A stretch of DNA of 64,000 nucleotides from the human T2T-CHM13v2.0 reference genome, Homo sapiens. Below, in pieces: positions 41,771-58,181 of this stretch. The stretch lies in NCBI RefSeq assembly GCF_009914755.1, contig NC_060927.1; one strand, 5' to 3'. Below the pieces are notes generated by a model. The model made no database searches and was not told the origin of the DNA. It saw nothing but the letters and a program-made list of their open reading frames with translations. The position numbers were made by a program, and so were the translations under genes. Every line of letters starts with the position of its first letter. The stretch's first letter is position 1.

Positions 41771-42277
41771 TTCAAATATTTAAATATATTTCTGTACTAT
41801 TATCTTTTCTTCCTTGGACTAAACATCCTCTTATTATGGTTTGGCTGATACTTTTTCTAAATCCTTCACAATTATCAAACTCTTCTGTGCATGCTTTGCT
41901 TCAAAGGGATATTACATCACAGTAGAGATTTTGAGTTGCCTTCTGCAAGAAATGCTGATCATTGTTTATTACTTCATTTGCTTAACATCATCACCAAAGA
42001 TCTATTATCTATTTAATCCCTCACCATTTGGTTAAAACCAATCTAGACCCACTTTTCTTACCCAAATCATATTTTTTTCTTGGTTCACTACTGATTTTTT
42101 GATCTCCAGAAAAATTTCAAGGGGACTTAACACAAAATCTATTAATCTATTAATTTCCTCTGGAAATGTCTGTTTTATCTTAGTTATACCAATTCTAGTT
42201 GAATTATTTTGAATGTGGGTCAGACAAAACTAGACTATAACTGAAAGGGTATTAAAATGTTTGCCTTTTTTTTCCAG

Positions 42278-42331
42278 GTAAAAATGTCTCCATCGTATCA
42301 TCAGTCCAAAGGGGATCCCACTGCTAAAAAG
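42278..42331 (+). CDS. VPS8: VPS8 small coding exon (VKMSPSYHQSKGDPTAKK)
   Basis: Acceptor ccttttttttccag|, donor AAG|gtgagt. 54 nt, phase 0-0. Continues ...ITPSQ in frame. Confidence 0.9.
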
Positions 42332-42658
42332 GTGAGTTTGTTTTAAAGGCAAAAAACCAGTTCTTCCTTCTGTATGTTTATTCTCCTATGTGGAACAATA
42401 TTCTCAACATGGCAATGATTTTTAATCATCTTAATGCTGTCAAGGGTTATTTCTGATTAGATGCTTTAATGACATGTCTCCAGGCCTCCTCTTTGGCTTC
42501 TCCAGAGAAACCAAGTTGGGTTTCGACATCAGTCTCCTAGCAACTATCAGTTTCTAGAATGTCCATCTTCCAGGCATGGTATCGTGGTATCAATGAGTGG
42601 TAGTAGGTGAAAGATATTCACAGGAAAGCTATATAGTTTATCTTAATAATGTGCTTTA

Positions 42659-42976
<318 letters not shown>

Positions 42977-43739
42977 TTACTTCTAGAGAGCTGTGCCTAA
43001 AAAAACTGGCCTGAGATAGTAACAGCACATAAGAAGGTCTTCAATAAATGCTGGCAGAAGAGAGCTCTCATGTGTGCTACTTCAGTTCCTGACTGTAAGC
43101 TTTGTGACCACAGATAGGGTATGACTGACGGTTTTACACCTTATCTGAGTGATGCATAGATGATGTCAAGAGAACCACTAAAATCCTTTTCCTTTATCCA
43201 GCTGTAAAAGTGCAGTTGAAACATGGTAAACAAATTGACATTTTTGCTTGTTTCTTTCATCATTTTTCTTTCTCTAATAGTCGAAGTGTTTCTTTCCCTT
43301 GCCCTTTTTTGCCATTTCAGCCAGCATCCATATCAGTGAAGGACTGTAGAACAAAAATAACCACCTGCTGGCTCTGTTGACTAACAGGAGGTTTTAGCTT
43401 CAAAGCAATGTTCCAAAAATGGGTCCCCCTCCTCTGACTTCAGAATCCCCTGAGACTTTTTCAGAAGAGAAGAGAATAAAAACAAAATATGTTGTCTGAA
43501 AAGACCTATAACATACTGCACATAAAAATCTCTTTCACTCTTGTCAAGGCAGTAGGGGCAGGCGAGACTGAGGCAATGACTGTTGATACTTAGAACCATC
43601 ACACTGTAACGCAAAGAGCTGGGGGAGCCTGTCATTTTAGTCTCACTCAGTAAGTAGACGAGGAAATGGAAATCCAGAGGGATTCCAATTTTTTGTCTTA
43701 GCTCTCCAATGTTAGCTATGGAACACACTTCTAACATAG

Positions 43740-43950
43740 TGATGTCAAGCGTGTGCCTTGGATACCACCAGACTTGGGTTCGAAGATTTACTCTTCTGCT
43801 TATTTATCTGAGTGACCTTGTGTAAATTGGCCCCTCTGTTTCGTCTTATGTAAAATGGTGATGCTACTCTCAGAATTGTCCTGAAGATTAAATGAAATAG
43901 TCTACTGCTTAAGAGTATAATACTATGTTTGACATATAGTAAGTACTCAA
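43740..43950 (+). mobile_element. MIR
   Basis: gacttgggttcgaa..., gtgaccttg..., gaagattaaatgaaata. Confidence 0.6.
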
Positions 43951-44053
43951 GCTGTTGTTGACACTAGTATTAAAATGCAGGTCTCCCAGCTCCTAATCAG
44001 ATGTCCTCTTACTTTATCATGCTGCTTGTATAATATTGTTCATTCAGCAAGTA

Positions 44054-44950
<897 letters not shown>

Positions 44951-45150
44951 GCTATATTTCCTTACACTATTTACTGAGATAAACAGTGGACTAGAGAAAA
45001 GAAATACAATCCTGTTCTCAAAGACCTCAGCATTTATTGAGAAAAGTAGACGGGTAAACTGATAGTTACCGAACACCTTGACACATACCATGGAAGGTGC
45101 ACAGGGTTCTGTGAAGGCGCCAAGGAAAGGCCCTATTTTGAGATGACTAA

Positions 45151-45481
<331 letters not shown>

Positions 45482-47431
45482 TCTTACGTTCTTTATGGCA
45501 GAAACCTCCATGAAGAACTTTGAGGAATCGTTAGCTGCTCCCCTACAACACTGTTATCAGAGTGAGAGCAAATTTTGCCATGTATATAGGCATTTATTAA
45601 ATAAATACTCATTTAGAAATAGGTTCTGCAACCTATTTTTCAAACTGAGTAATGTCCCAGCTCTTTGTCATTTTAGGTGTCTGACATCTGTCAGGGATGT
45701 GACATTACAGAAGCAGGGTTTTGTTACTCTTAGAATCGGCATCAGGCAAACAGAAGCTTCCTAAGCCAATGACTGGACACAAGTGGCCCGGGCAGCATTC
45801 CTTTGTGATCAGATGCAGACTTATTCCTGGTTTATGCAAAACTTGGGACTATCTCTAAAATATTTTATTCAATATACATATCTCAAATGCCTTTTACTTT
45901 ATCAATGAGAGTCCATTTCCAATATTCACCATGGCGGTTAACAAGTCATTTCTTTCACCAATAAAAATATTTCCATTTTTTAGCTAATGAGGCAAGTCTT
46001 AGTGTTGGTGAACATCTGAATAGCTGAAGAGCTTTTTTTAGTGGCTGTCTTGCGGAGTTCGTGTTAGCTGGACTCTCCTGAAATATAGATTCTTAATTTG
46101 GGCCATTGACCATCCCTGAGTTGAAGCCCAAAACTACATAGCACATACTTATTATCATGCTGTTTATGTCGTCTCTAGTTACTTGAAAACATGTATCACA
46201 GTGGGTCAGTGGGCGGCCATCCCAGATTAGGGGTCAGGAAAGGCTTCCCAGCGAAGATAAAGCTTGACCTAGCCTTAAGAAACAAGGGAAATGGTAACCT
46301 AGGCAGATAGAAGTGAGTAACACATTGTCAGAAATGGGAATGGTTCTGCATGTCTTCAGTATAATGTGAAAGCATGGAGAAGTCTGGTAAAAGATAAACA
46401 GGGGTTCAGACCACAAAGAGCCCCAGTCTGTGAAGTTTGCTTTCTATCTTGAGGATAAGGTTTCCAGCAAAGGTAAGACTGAAAGCAGAAAGACCAATTG
46501 GAAGAGTAAGACACTTGTCCAGGTAAGAAAAAAGATCCTAACCCTAGGCTGTGTTAATGGAGTAAAGAGATTAAATAGATTCAAATATTAGCTATTTTTT
46601 CTCTCAGAAAACCCTGACACCCTCCTTAAGTCTGAGTAAGTGTCCTTCCTTCCCTGAGCTCACAGCGCTCTGAATTAGTCCCTACCAATACCTGGGTGGG
46701 TTGAGATTGCCTCTCTACTTAATGCTCATCTCCCATTAGACGATATGCCTCATGAGGGCAGAGCAGTAACCTCATCAGTCTTGTTTACAGTTGTATCCGT
46801 AAGTGTAGAACAAAGTAGTCACTCGGTCGTTGTTGAATGAATGAGAGATGCACGAAAGAGATTTCACAGGACTTCCTGGTGGTTTATGAGAAGTGAGGGG
46901 GAAAAGAAATTTCTGGCTCTGATGACTAGAGGAAAAATAAATGAAACATCATTGCTGTTTCAGGCTTGTCTCCCAGGCATGGTCAGTTCCTTATTGAATC
47001 ACCAGTACTCCGAGTGAGATTTACCTGAAGATCAATGTGAAACTCAACACCTAATTATTACTTCCTTAGTTGGGTATATATTTTTGTGTGGATATGCTTG
47101 TATGCTCATGTACATCTATGTATATATTCTGGTTCTTATCCTTGAGCTACAGTCTCTCTTCCCAAAGTTGCATTGACAGATGGAAGCAGCAGTAGTGTCT
47201 GTTGAACAGAGTGACTGCCAAAGTGACATGTGTAGGAAACACAAAGGAAGCAGCAGTGTTCTTCATTTAGCCAAAAAGTCTCTGTTGACCGATAACTGAA
47301 GGAAGTGTTTGGTGACTCTGCTGTCAATATTGGCCCTGCCAAGAGCTGGATTCAAGTGCTAAGGAAACCAGAGTCATGTTCTGTAGGACTCAGCTAACTT
47401 CCTGGGGCTTCTTTTTAGGTATTTCATGTAG

Positions 47432-47934
<503 letters not shown>

Positions 47935-48711
47935 TAATTGATAATTTCAGTAACGAAGTTGGAAGATACACATGGTTCCCTAGGACCTTTACAGTGTTTG
48001 ATCATGTATGACCAGAAATGTAAAAATCAGGAGTCATTGCCTTCAGATAAAAATCGACATAAAACCCATTGCAATGAACTCCCCAGGATAGATCCAAATG
48101 CAGGTGTTGACAACGTTTAAGGTACATCAGGAGAGTTAGTTGGGGGCAGCATCAGACACCACTCAGCTATGATGCATCTCTTCTTGACTACCAAAGAAAC
48201 ACCAACCAAGAATGTTCACAGAAAAGTTGGGTCTGTTACATTTATGATAACTAGAGAAAGCATTTTGTCTTGTGTCTTGATCTCAGGTACATGGTTACCT
48301 CTCTGAGCAACCCCTGGTTTTAGATCCGCTTTCTCTGCTGGTGTGTTTGCAGAAGCTGAGGGGCCAGGTGCTCTGGCTGAAGACTATCCTCAGGCTGGTG
48401 GTGCCACTGGAAGGTCCACAGCTGTTCTCCTCAAAGTAACTTCTTCCAGTTAGGGACAATGCACAGGGAATGAGAGAGTGGAAAGCCTTTCCAATAGTTC
48501 TGTGAGTCCATTCAGTAAATATTCCGCAAGCCTGTTAGGTGCCAGGGTTCAGAGGGACAAAGGACAGTGAAGAAATACAGTTCCTTCTCTCAGCACATTT
48601 ACATGTTAATGGTGACTGAACTGGTGGATATCATAGCCAAGCCTCTCAGAAGTTGATTTTCAGTTTGTTAAGTATTCAGGTACGTTATAAGAATTTGGAG
48701 CTGATTTTTGG

Positions 48712-48904
<193 letters not shown>

Positions 48905-49003
48905 TGAAGTAAGGTTTTTATAACCAATTCTCAGTCTTGCTGCTCATGTCAGCAATATAGACAGCTATACTTGCTCATAATTTTTGTTGAATTACAGGTT
49001 GGC

Positions 49004-49035
<32 letters not shown>

Positions 49036-49791
49036 GGAAAAAGCCTCACAAAGCCACTGTTTCCATAACAACCAGAAAAGCTGGCCCCAGTGTCTCAGCT
49101 CGCTGGCCCTAAGAATGGCTGGTTGATAGTTTCACAAAAGTCAAGGGAAATGAAGAAAGCACTGAGATAGATGCAGCATTTTCTAGCCATCATTTGATGG
49201 AAGCTTAAATAAAATAAAGATACATTCACCTTTTGATGCCTCACCCTTAACTCTTTCCTGCAAAGATGCGAGTTCTCATAAACAACAAAATGATAGCCCT
49301 TGATGGATATAGATGCTTCTTTCTCTAGAGTATTTGTCTTAATAGGACTCCAAATATGACTTCATTGCCTCTACTGAACACCACCCCCAAAAAAGGAAAC
49401 AGAGAACATGATTTGGTCTTTGTTTTTGCATCGGCAGAGTTGAAAACCTCAGCAAGACAGATGCCTTTTTATGGATGTGAAGAAGCTGGAGTCTAGTTGC
49501 CTTTAGACACCTGGAGGGCAATGATCTGGAGGACACTAACTGGAAGAAAGCATAGGCATCCTTAATTGTTGAGAGGACAGAACTGGTACCTGTGGGTAGC
49601 TACTATGTGAATGGAGATGTCAGCTTGGTATGAGAATTTCATAATGGTAGAACAAGGTATCTTGAGTGACACTACATTACCTACTACTAGAGGTGTTTGG
49701 TCGGTGACAGAATATCTATTGGTCAAACTCCTGCCTTTGGTCAGAGTTTGGACTAGTTGATTTTTAGATCCCTTGAAGCATTAAAATCTTA

Positions 49792-50130
<339 letters not shown>

Positions 50131-50601
50131 TCACTGATGTAGTGAATGATTTTAGTTAAAACTAACTAAACAGCCTAAACTAATAGAATGTGTTGTCTTT
50201 CAAAGAAAAATCTGAATTTATGTAAAGAGAGACTTGATTCAGAAGAATCATTGCAATAGAGGTGAGAGGGCTATTGCAGTAAGGGGAACGCTCCAACCAT
50301 AAGATCTGCAAGGGTCTCAGAGATCACACAGAAAGGAAATTTATTTCATAAGATGGGGTGGGTAAACAAAGCTAGAAAGAACCAGGTATGAAGGAGTGGG
50401 TGGAGGGAATGGACAGTTGATCAGAGATGCTTTTCCTTGTGGTCAGCCGATTCTCAGAAGCAACCCTTAAAGGAGAGATTCTGTACTCTGGGTCAGGCTG
50501 AGAATAGGTCAGAGTTCAGGGTCTTGGGGAAAGGAAAGAAGCTTAACCAAAATTTGGTTATCAGTTAATAAGCAGTTTGATTTTGTTAATAATTTTTGTA
50601 A

Positions 50602-50906
<305 letters not shown>

Positions 50907-50914
50907 CCCTTTAT

Positions 50915-51860
50915 TTTTTAAGAGTACCGTAGTTTTAGGTTTACAGAAAAGTAGAGCAGTAAGCACAGAGTTCCCATATGTTTGCTTTCCCTCCCCACCC
51001 CCACAGTTGCCCCTATTATTAACATCTTGCATCTATGGGATACACTTGTTCTAATTGATGAGGCAATATTAATACATTATTAACTAAAGTCCATGGTTTA
51101 CATTAGGGTTCACTCTTTCTGTTGTATATTCTGTGAGTTCTGATAAATGTATAATGAAATGTATCCACCATTACACCGTCATACAGAATAGCTTCACTGC
51201 CCTCCAAATCCCTGTGCTCCACCTATTTATCCTGCCTTCTCCCCAAACTTTCGGTAACTACTAATCTTTTTACTATATCCATAGTTTTGCCTTTTCTAGA
51301 ATGGCATGTAATCGCATAGTATATAGGCTTTCTAACTTGGCGTCTTTCACTTAGCAGTCAGCATTTAGGGTTCCTTGGTGTCTGCATGGCTTAATAGCTC
51401 TTTTCTTTTTATCATTGAGTGATATTCTCTTGTCTGCTTGGACTATAATTTGTTTATCCATTCACCTACTGCGGGACATCCTAGTTGCTTCTATGTTTTG
51501 ACAATCGTGACTAAAGCTGCAGTAAATAGCCATGTGTAGGATTTTGCATGGGCATCTCAACTCATTTGTGTAAATACCTAGGACCATGATTGCTGGATTA
51601 TATGGTAAGACTATCTTTACATTTTTTAAATTGCCAAACTATCTGCCAAAGTGGCTGTGCCATTTTACATTCCCAGCAGCAATGAATGAGAGTTCCTATT
51701 GCTCCACATCCTCACCAGCATTTGGTGTTGTGGTGGTGTCAGTGTTTTGAATTTTAGCCATTCTAATAGGTATGTAATGGTATCTCATTTTCTTAAATTC
51801 ACAATTCCCTGATGATATAGGATGTTGAGTGTCTTTTGACTCATATGCTTATTTTCCATT
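50915..51860 (-). mobile_element. Old L1 (L1MB/L1MC-type) 3' end, host of the inverted L1
   Basis: Same 3'UTR motifs as 4770-5950 (aactaaagtccatggtttacattagg, aaatacctagg). Confidence 0.8.
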
Positions 51861-51873
51861 TGTATATCTTTTT

Positions 51874-52550
51874 TCAAATTTCATTTTAGATACAGGGTGT
51901 TTATGTGCAGATTTGTTACATGGGAATATTGAGTGATGCTGAGGTTTAGTGTGTGAATCCTGTCACCCAGGTAGTGAGCATAGTACCCCCCACCCTCTAG
52001 TATTCCACAGTGTCTGTTGTTCCCATATTTATCTCCATGTGTGCTCGATGTTTAGCTCTCACTTATAAGTGAGAACATGTGGTATTTTGTTTTCTGTTCC
52101 TGTGTAATTTGCTTAGGATTATGGCCACTAGCTCATCTGTGTTACTGCAAAGGATGTGATTTCTTTTTTATAGCTGTGTAGTAGTCCATGTGTACCAGAT
52201 TTTCTTTATACAGTCTACCATTGATGGACATTTGGGTTGATTACACGTCCTTGCTATTGTGAGTAATAGCCATCCTGATGATGTGAGATGGTATTTCATT
52301 GTGGTTTTGATTTGCATTTCTCTGATGATTAGTGATGCTGAGCATTTTTTCATATGTTTATTGGCCACTTTTATGTCTTCTTTTGAGAAATGTCTGTTCA
52401 TGACCTTTGCTCATTTTTTAATTCTGTTATTTGGTTTTTGCTTATTGTTTTAACTCCCTATAGAGTCTGGATATTAGGTCTTTGTTGGATGCATAGTTTG
52501 AGAATATCTCCTCCTGTTCTGTAGATTGTCTGTTTGCTTCGTTGATAGTT

Positions 52551-52588
<38 letters not shown>

Positions 52589-54480
52589 CTGTGTGTATTG
52601 TTGCTTTTGTTTTTGTTTTTGCTTTTGCTTTTTTTTGCTGTGCAGATGCTCTTTAGTTTAATTAGGTCCCACTTGTTTATTTTTGCATTTGTTGCAATTG
52701 CTTTTGGAGACTTAGCAAAAAAATATTTGCCAAGGGTCAATGAATGAAACCAAGACTTGATTCTTTGGAAAAGTAAACTAGATTGATAAACCACTAGCTA
52801 GGTTAACAAAGAAAAAACAGAAGCTCCAAATAAATACAATCAGAAATGACAAAGATGACACCACAACCGATCCCACAGAAATAGAAAAGACTTTCCGAAC
52901 ATCAGGAACAACTCTATACACACAAATTAGAAATTCTAGAGGAAATGGATAAATTCCTGGAAACATACACAATCTCCTAAGATTGAATCCAGAATAGATT
53001 GTAACTCTGCATAAACCAATATCAAGCTCTAAAATGAATCAGTAATAAAAAAACCCACCAACCAAAAAAAGTACTAGACCAGATGGAGTCACAGCCAAAT
53101 TCTATCGAATTATACTTCTTTCTACCAAAAGAAGAACTGATATCAATCCTACTGAAAGTATTCCAAAATATTGAGGAAGGACTCCTCCTCAACTCATTCC
53201 ATGAAGCCAGCATCAACCTAATACCAAAATCTGGCAGAGACACGATGTAGAAAGAAAACTTCAGGCCAATATCCCTGATAAACATAGATGCAAAAATCCT
53301 CAACAAAATACCAGCAAACCGAATCCACCAGTACATCAAAAAGTTAACTCACCACAATCAGCTGGGCATTATTCCTGGTATACAAGATTGGTTCAATATA
53401 TGCAAATGAATAAATGTGATTCAGCACATAAACAGAATCAAAAGCAAAAACAATATGATCATCTCTATATTTGCAGAAAAGTCTTTCAATGAAATCCAAC
53501 ATCCCTTCATGATAAAAACCCTCAACAGACTAGGCATCAAAGGAACATACCTCAAAATAATAAGAGCCATCTTTGACAAATGCACAGCTAACATCATACT
53601 GAACAGCCAAAAGCTCGAACCATTCCCTTTGAAAACTGGAACAAGACAAGGATGTCCACTCTCACCACTCCTATTCAACACTGTATTGGAAGTCCTAGCC
53701 AGAGCAGTCAGGCAAGAGAAAGAAATAAAAGGCATCCAAATAGGAAACAAAGTAGTCAAACTATCTTTCTTCATTGATAATATGATTCTATACCTAGAAT
53801 ATCCTAAAGACTCTGCCAGAGGCTCCTAGAACTGATAAATGACTTTAATACAGTTTCAGGATACAAAGTCAATGTACAAAAATCAGTAGCATTTCTATAC
53901 ACCAGCAGTGTTCAGGCTGAGAATGAAATCAAGAACAGATCCTCACTTTCTATAGCCATAAAACAAAACAAAACAAAATGAAATACCTAGGAAGATAGTT
54001 AACCAAGATATCTTCTACAAGGAGAACTGCAAAACATTGCTGAAAGAAATCGGAGATGACACAAATACATGGAAAAACAGTCCATGCTCATGGATTGGAA
54101 GAATCAAGATTGTAAAGATGGCCATGCTGCCCAAAGCAATTTACAGTCAGTGCTATTCCTATCAAACTACCGACATAATTCTTTACAGAATTAGAAAAAA
54201 ACTATTCTAAAATTCATGTAGAACAAAAAAAGACCATGAATAGCCACAGCAATGCTAAGCAGAAAGAGCAAAGCTGGAGGCATCACATACCTGACTTCAA
54301 ACTATACTATAAAGCCACAGTAACCAAAACAGCTTGGTACTGTTACAAAACAGACACATAGATCAATGGCACAGAATAGAAAACTCAGAAATAAAGCCTC
54401 AAACCTACAACCACCTGATCTTTGACAAGGCCAACAAAAACAAGCAATGGGGAAAGGACTCCCTATTTAATAAATGGTGC
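51874..54480 (-). mobile_element. 5'-inverted L1PA-type insertion (3' part antisense 51874-52735, inverted ORF2 part sense 52738-54480)
   Basis: TSD tgtatatcttttt (51861-51873 / 54481-54493). The + strand ORF 53416..53829 has the L1 RT motif [14 protein letters not shown]. The - strand ORFs 52168..52401 and 52474..52794 match the ORF2 C-terminus. Confidence 0.92.
52549..52588. repeat. (GTT)n microsatellite inside L1
   Basis: About 12 perfect GTT units, directly visible. Confidence 0.92.
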
Positions 54481-54499
54481 TGTATATCTTTTTGATGAA

Positions 54500-57200
54500 G
54501 TCTTTAATGATTAACAGTTTTTCAGTTTTTTTTTTTAGTGGTGGCCTAGGATTTACCATATGCATCCTAGATTTTCATATTCAGCTTTTGATTTAAAGTA
54601 GCTTAATACCATTTATATATATACTCCTATATAGTTTTATTCCCTTCCCCCACTTTTGTGGTATTGCACATACCACAAAATATATTTAGTACCTCTAGTA
54701 ATATATAGTGCATATATAGTTATATTGTTATATATAGTGCATCTAGTAATGTTACAGATGCAACAATAGGTTGTTGTAATTTTTACTTTACCATCTGTAG
54801 TCATTTCCTTAGCTTAGTAAAAGCTTTGTTTTCACCCACCTCCTTTGTGCAAATATGTTACACATATATTACATTTCTACATATTATAAGCCCAACATTT
54901 TATTATACACATTTTATATGACTGCTTTTTAAAATAAGTTATTAAAAGAAAAAAGCAAATATGCATTTATACTGTATTTTATAATTTCTTACTTATCTTT
55001 TGCAGTTCCTTTTTTTTTTTTTAACATGGATTTAAATTACCCTCCATAGTCAGTTGCTTTCATGCCAAAGAAATTGCATTAGTAGTTCTTATAAGTCAGG
55101 TCTGCCTATCAACAAATTCTCTCAGTTTTTGTTTATCTGGGAAAGTTTTTATGTCACCTTCATTTTTGAAAGCTAGCTTTGCTGGATATAGAAATCTTAG
55201 TGGGCAGTTTTTTCTTCAAACATTTTGAATATGTGGCCTCCATTGTTTCTGCTGTTAGTTTTATTGGGGTTCTTTGTAAATTACTAGTCATTTTTCTCTT
55301 GCTGTTTTCAAGTTTTTCACATTGTTACTGACTTTTGGCATTACATTGTTATGTACTTTCAGATATATTATTATGATGTATCTGTTTGTGGATCTCTTTG
55401 TTTTCATCCTACTTAGAATTTGTTAAGCTTCCTGAATGTGTAGGTTATTGTTTTTCAATGAACGTAGGACATTTTTAGCCATAATGTATTAAAATATTTT
55501 CACTCTCCTTTCTCTCCTCTTCTGGTCTTCTCTTTGTGCATATATTGGGCTGATGATAACTCCACATTTCTCTGAGACTGTGTTCACTTTTCTTCATTCT
55601 TTTTTCTCTCTGTTGTTCAGCTTGCATGATCTCTATTGAACTGTCTTTAAGTCACCAATTCTTCTGCTGGCTCAAATCTCCTGTTAAGCCTGTCTTGTGA
55701 ATTTGTTTCAGTTGTAGTTTTCAACTCCAGAATTTTCAATCATTCTTTTTTATAATTTGTATCTCTTTATTGATACTGTCTCTATTTGATGTTATATTGT
55801 CATCATACCTTCCTTTACTTTGTAAACCATGCTTTCCTTTAGTTCTGTGAGGATATTTACAGTGACTATTTTGAAATCTTTTTCTGTTAAATCTGACATC
55901 TGTTTACTCTTCCAGGAAGTTTGTTTCCTGCTTTTTTCCCTGGGGTTTGATCATACTTTCCTATTTCTTTGCATGCCTCATAACTTTTTAATGGAAACTG
56001 GACATTTTAGAAAAATATATTGTATACCCTATGTACTGGTCCCCCTACCCCCAGGGCTTGTTATTGGTGACTGGCTAGATGAATTTAGTAAAGTCTATTT
56101 TTCTCCACAATATTAAGCTTCTGATATTGTTTCTCAAGTAGGCGTAGCCTTGGGTATGTCTGCAGTCACCCTGGAATGACAGTGGTATTGGCTGGGCTCT
56201 GGTTTTGTTGTTGTTTGTTTGTTTTTCTCTGACCATACCACACTGTTAAGCTCTACAAATTGCCTGATGATTGCTCTATTGTTTCCACTAACGCCTTAGG
56301 ACATAAATTGTTTATAAACTAATCCAGTCAAATTGCAGTTTCTTTTAAGTAATAGTTTCTGGGAGCTAGTTTTGATATTTCTTCTGACCTCACAAGGTCT
56401 CCTGCAGTTGTCTTTTTCCTCAGTTATCTTCTGCAAAGTAGCCAGCCTGTAGTCTAGGTTGTATTTTCATTAAATCCACAAGTCTCTTCCCAGTTGCATT
56501 TCACCACTAACTCCACTGTTCTTAAGAACACACTTAGGATTGAAATTCTCTATATTCAGTTGCAAGTGAAGTCAGTTCCTCTGGGAAAAGATTAGGAGTT
56601 ATTTATTTTAGAACCTACTTCTTTCCCAAGGAAAAATCTCTGAGCTGGGGCTCTGGAGCTGAGGATAGGGACAATGGCAGGCTTTTCTCTGAATGTCATC
56701 CCCCAGTCTAGTTGTTGAATGCTGTTGGAAGCACGGAGGGGCAGCAGCCTCAGGTGAGAGCCTAAGCAGCCCCCTGGACTGCCTCTCCTGGACTCATAAT
56801 CCAGGGCAAGGGTGATCAGAGACCGAAGATTTTCAGTGCACAGCCTCCAGGGTAGAGCTTCCATTCCATGAGTAGAGGCTTCCAGAAGAAGGGAACCCCC
56901 ATTACCTCTTGACTGCGCTCAGCTAGGACTTAGCCCCAGCAACATGGATGGCAGGATGAAAAATACCAATGTCCTGCTCCTACTGGGAAGAAAGCCTTCC
57001 AACTGTGATCTTGGGATAAAGAGAGCCTGCTGTTCTTGGTTGCAGTAGTGTGGAGTTCTACCTTACTGAGTTCTGAAGGTGGGGAAGGGAGCAGTCAGTT
57101 CACAAACCATAGTCATCAAAATTTCATAGTGTAGGGAGGATAGTTTCTTCATTTGGTCTTTAAATACTTGGAGTTTTCGTTTTATAGTTTTCACCAGTTT
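54500..57200 (-). mobile_element. Old L1M fragments (ORF1 / 5' region)
   Basis: Antisense motifs aaattctctcagtttttgtttatctgggaaag, tttgctggatatagaaatcttag, tttttctcttgctgttttcaag. Boundaries are approximate. Confidence 0.65.
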
Positions 57201-57212
57201 TTATTTGGAGTT

Positions 57213-58181
57213 TATCTTAATCCACTTGTATTGCTATAAAGGAATACCCACGGCTGGGTAATTTATAAAGAAAAGAGGTTTATTTTGCTCATGGTTCTGC
57301 AGTCTGTACAAGCAGCACGTACCAGCATCTGCTTTCGGTGGGAGCCTCAGGCTGCCTCCACTCAAGGCAGAAGGCAAAGGGGAGCCAACATGTCCAGAGA
57401 TCACGTTGTTACCAAGAAAAAGGGGCATTGCTAGCCTGATACGTTAGAAGCCAACGCTATGACACTGTGGGGTTTTTTTTTTGGAAAAGAAATGCTTTTT
57501 ATTATAAATTGACTAACAGGGAGACAGGAGTCCAGCTCAAATCTGTCTCCCTATGCTGGCTTTAAGGCAGTAATTTTATTAGAAAAGGTTCAGGGGGTAG
57601 ATTCTGGGATTAGCAGGTGATTAGTAGAAGAAAAGAGAAGGTCTGGAAAGTCCTCAGGGATGCATGTTTATCTCTGCATGCTACCTCATGGGTCTCATGT
57701 GCAAATTTGGGAAGAATTAGTATGAAACATGCAGTAGAAATTGGGCTGGCTGTGACATCAGCGAGCTCATTCTGCACAAACTCCAGTCAGCCATGTTGCT
57801 TCTAGCCAATTTCAACCTGTTTTTTAATCTCACAAGCAGAGGAAGTTTCAGCATTTTAGCAAATTGTTCCTTATCTGCTATCTTGCAAACTCAAGAATTT
57901 CTGTTAGTCGTAGATTGCTTTTAACTCTTTGGGCATTGTTTCAACATGGCAAGAGGAGCACCAGGAGAGGGAGGGGAGGGAAGTACCAGGCTCTTTTAAA
58001 CAACCACCTCTCATGGGAACTAATAGAGTGACAAATCACTCACCTCCCACCCTCAGGGAAGGCACTAATCTATTCATGAGGGATCCACCTCCATAGCACA
58101 AACACCTCCATTAGGCCCCTCCAACATTGGAGCTCCAATCTCAACACGAGTGTTGGAGGGAACAACATCCACACTATAGCA
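57213..58181 (-). mobile_element. MST-type MaLR solo LTR, split by a second LTR
   Basis: ttgctataaaggaatacc...gtaatttataaagaaaagaggttt to cagagatc, resuming acatggc...acatccacactatagca. Flanks gagtt/gagct. Confidence 0.85.
57407..57943 (-). mobile_element. ERV1-class solo LTR (MER66-like) nested in the MST
   Basis: TG...CA ends (tgttacc / gtttca) and a 4-bp TSD acgt/acat. Family name from memory. Confidence 0.7.

Noticed and set aside
53416-53829. Active reverse transcriptase gene
   Set aside because: It is a short degenerate fragment of L1 ORF2 within a truncated, inverted element.
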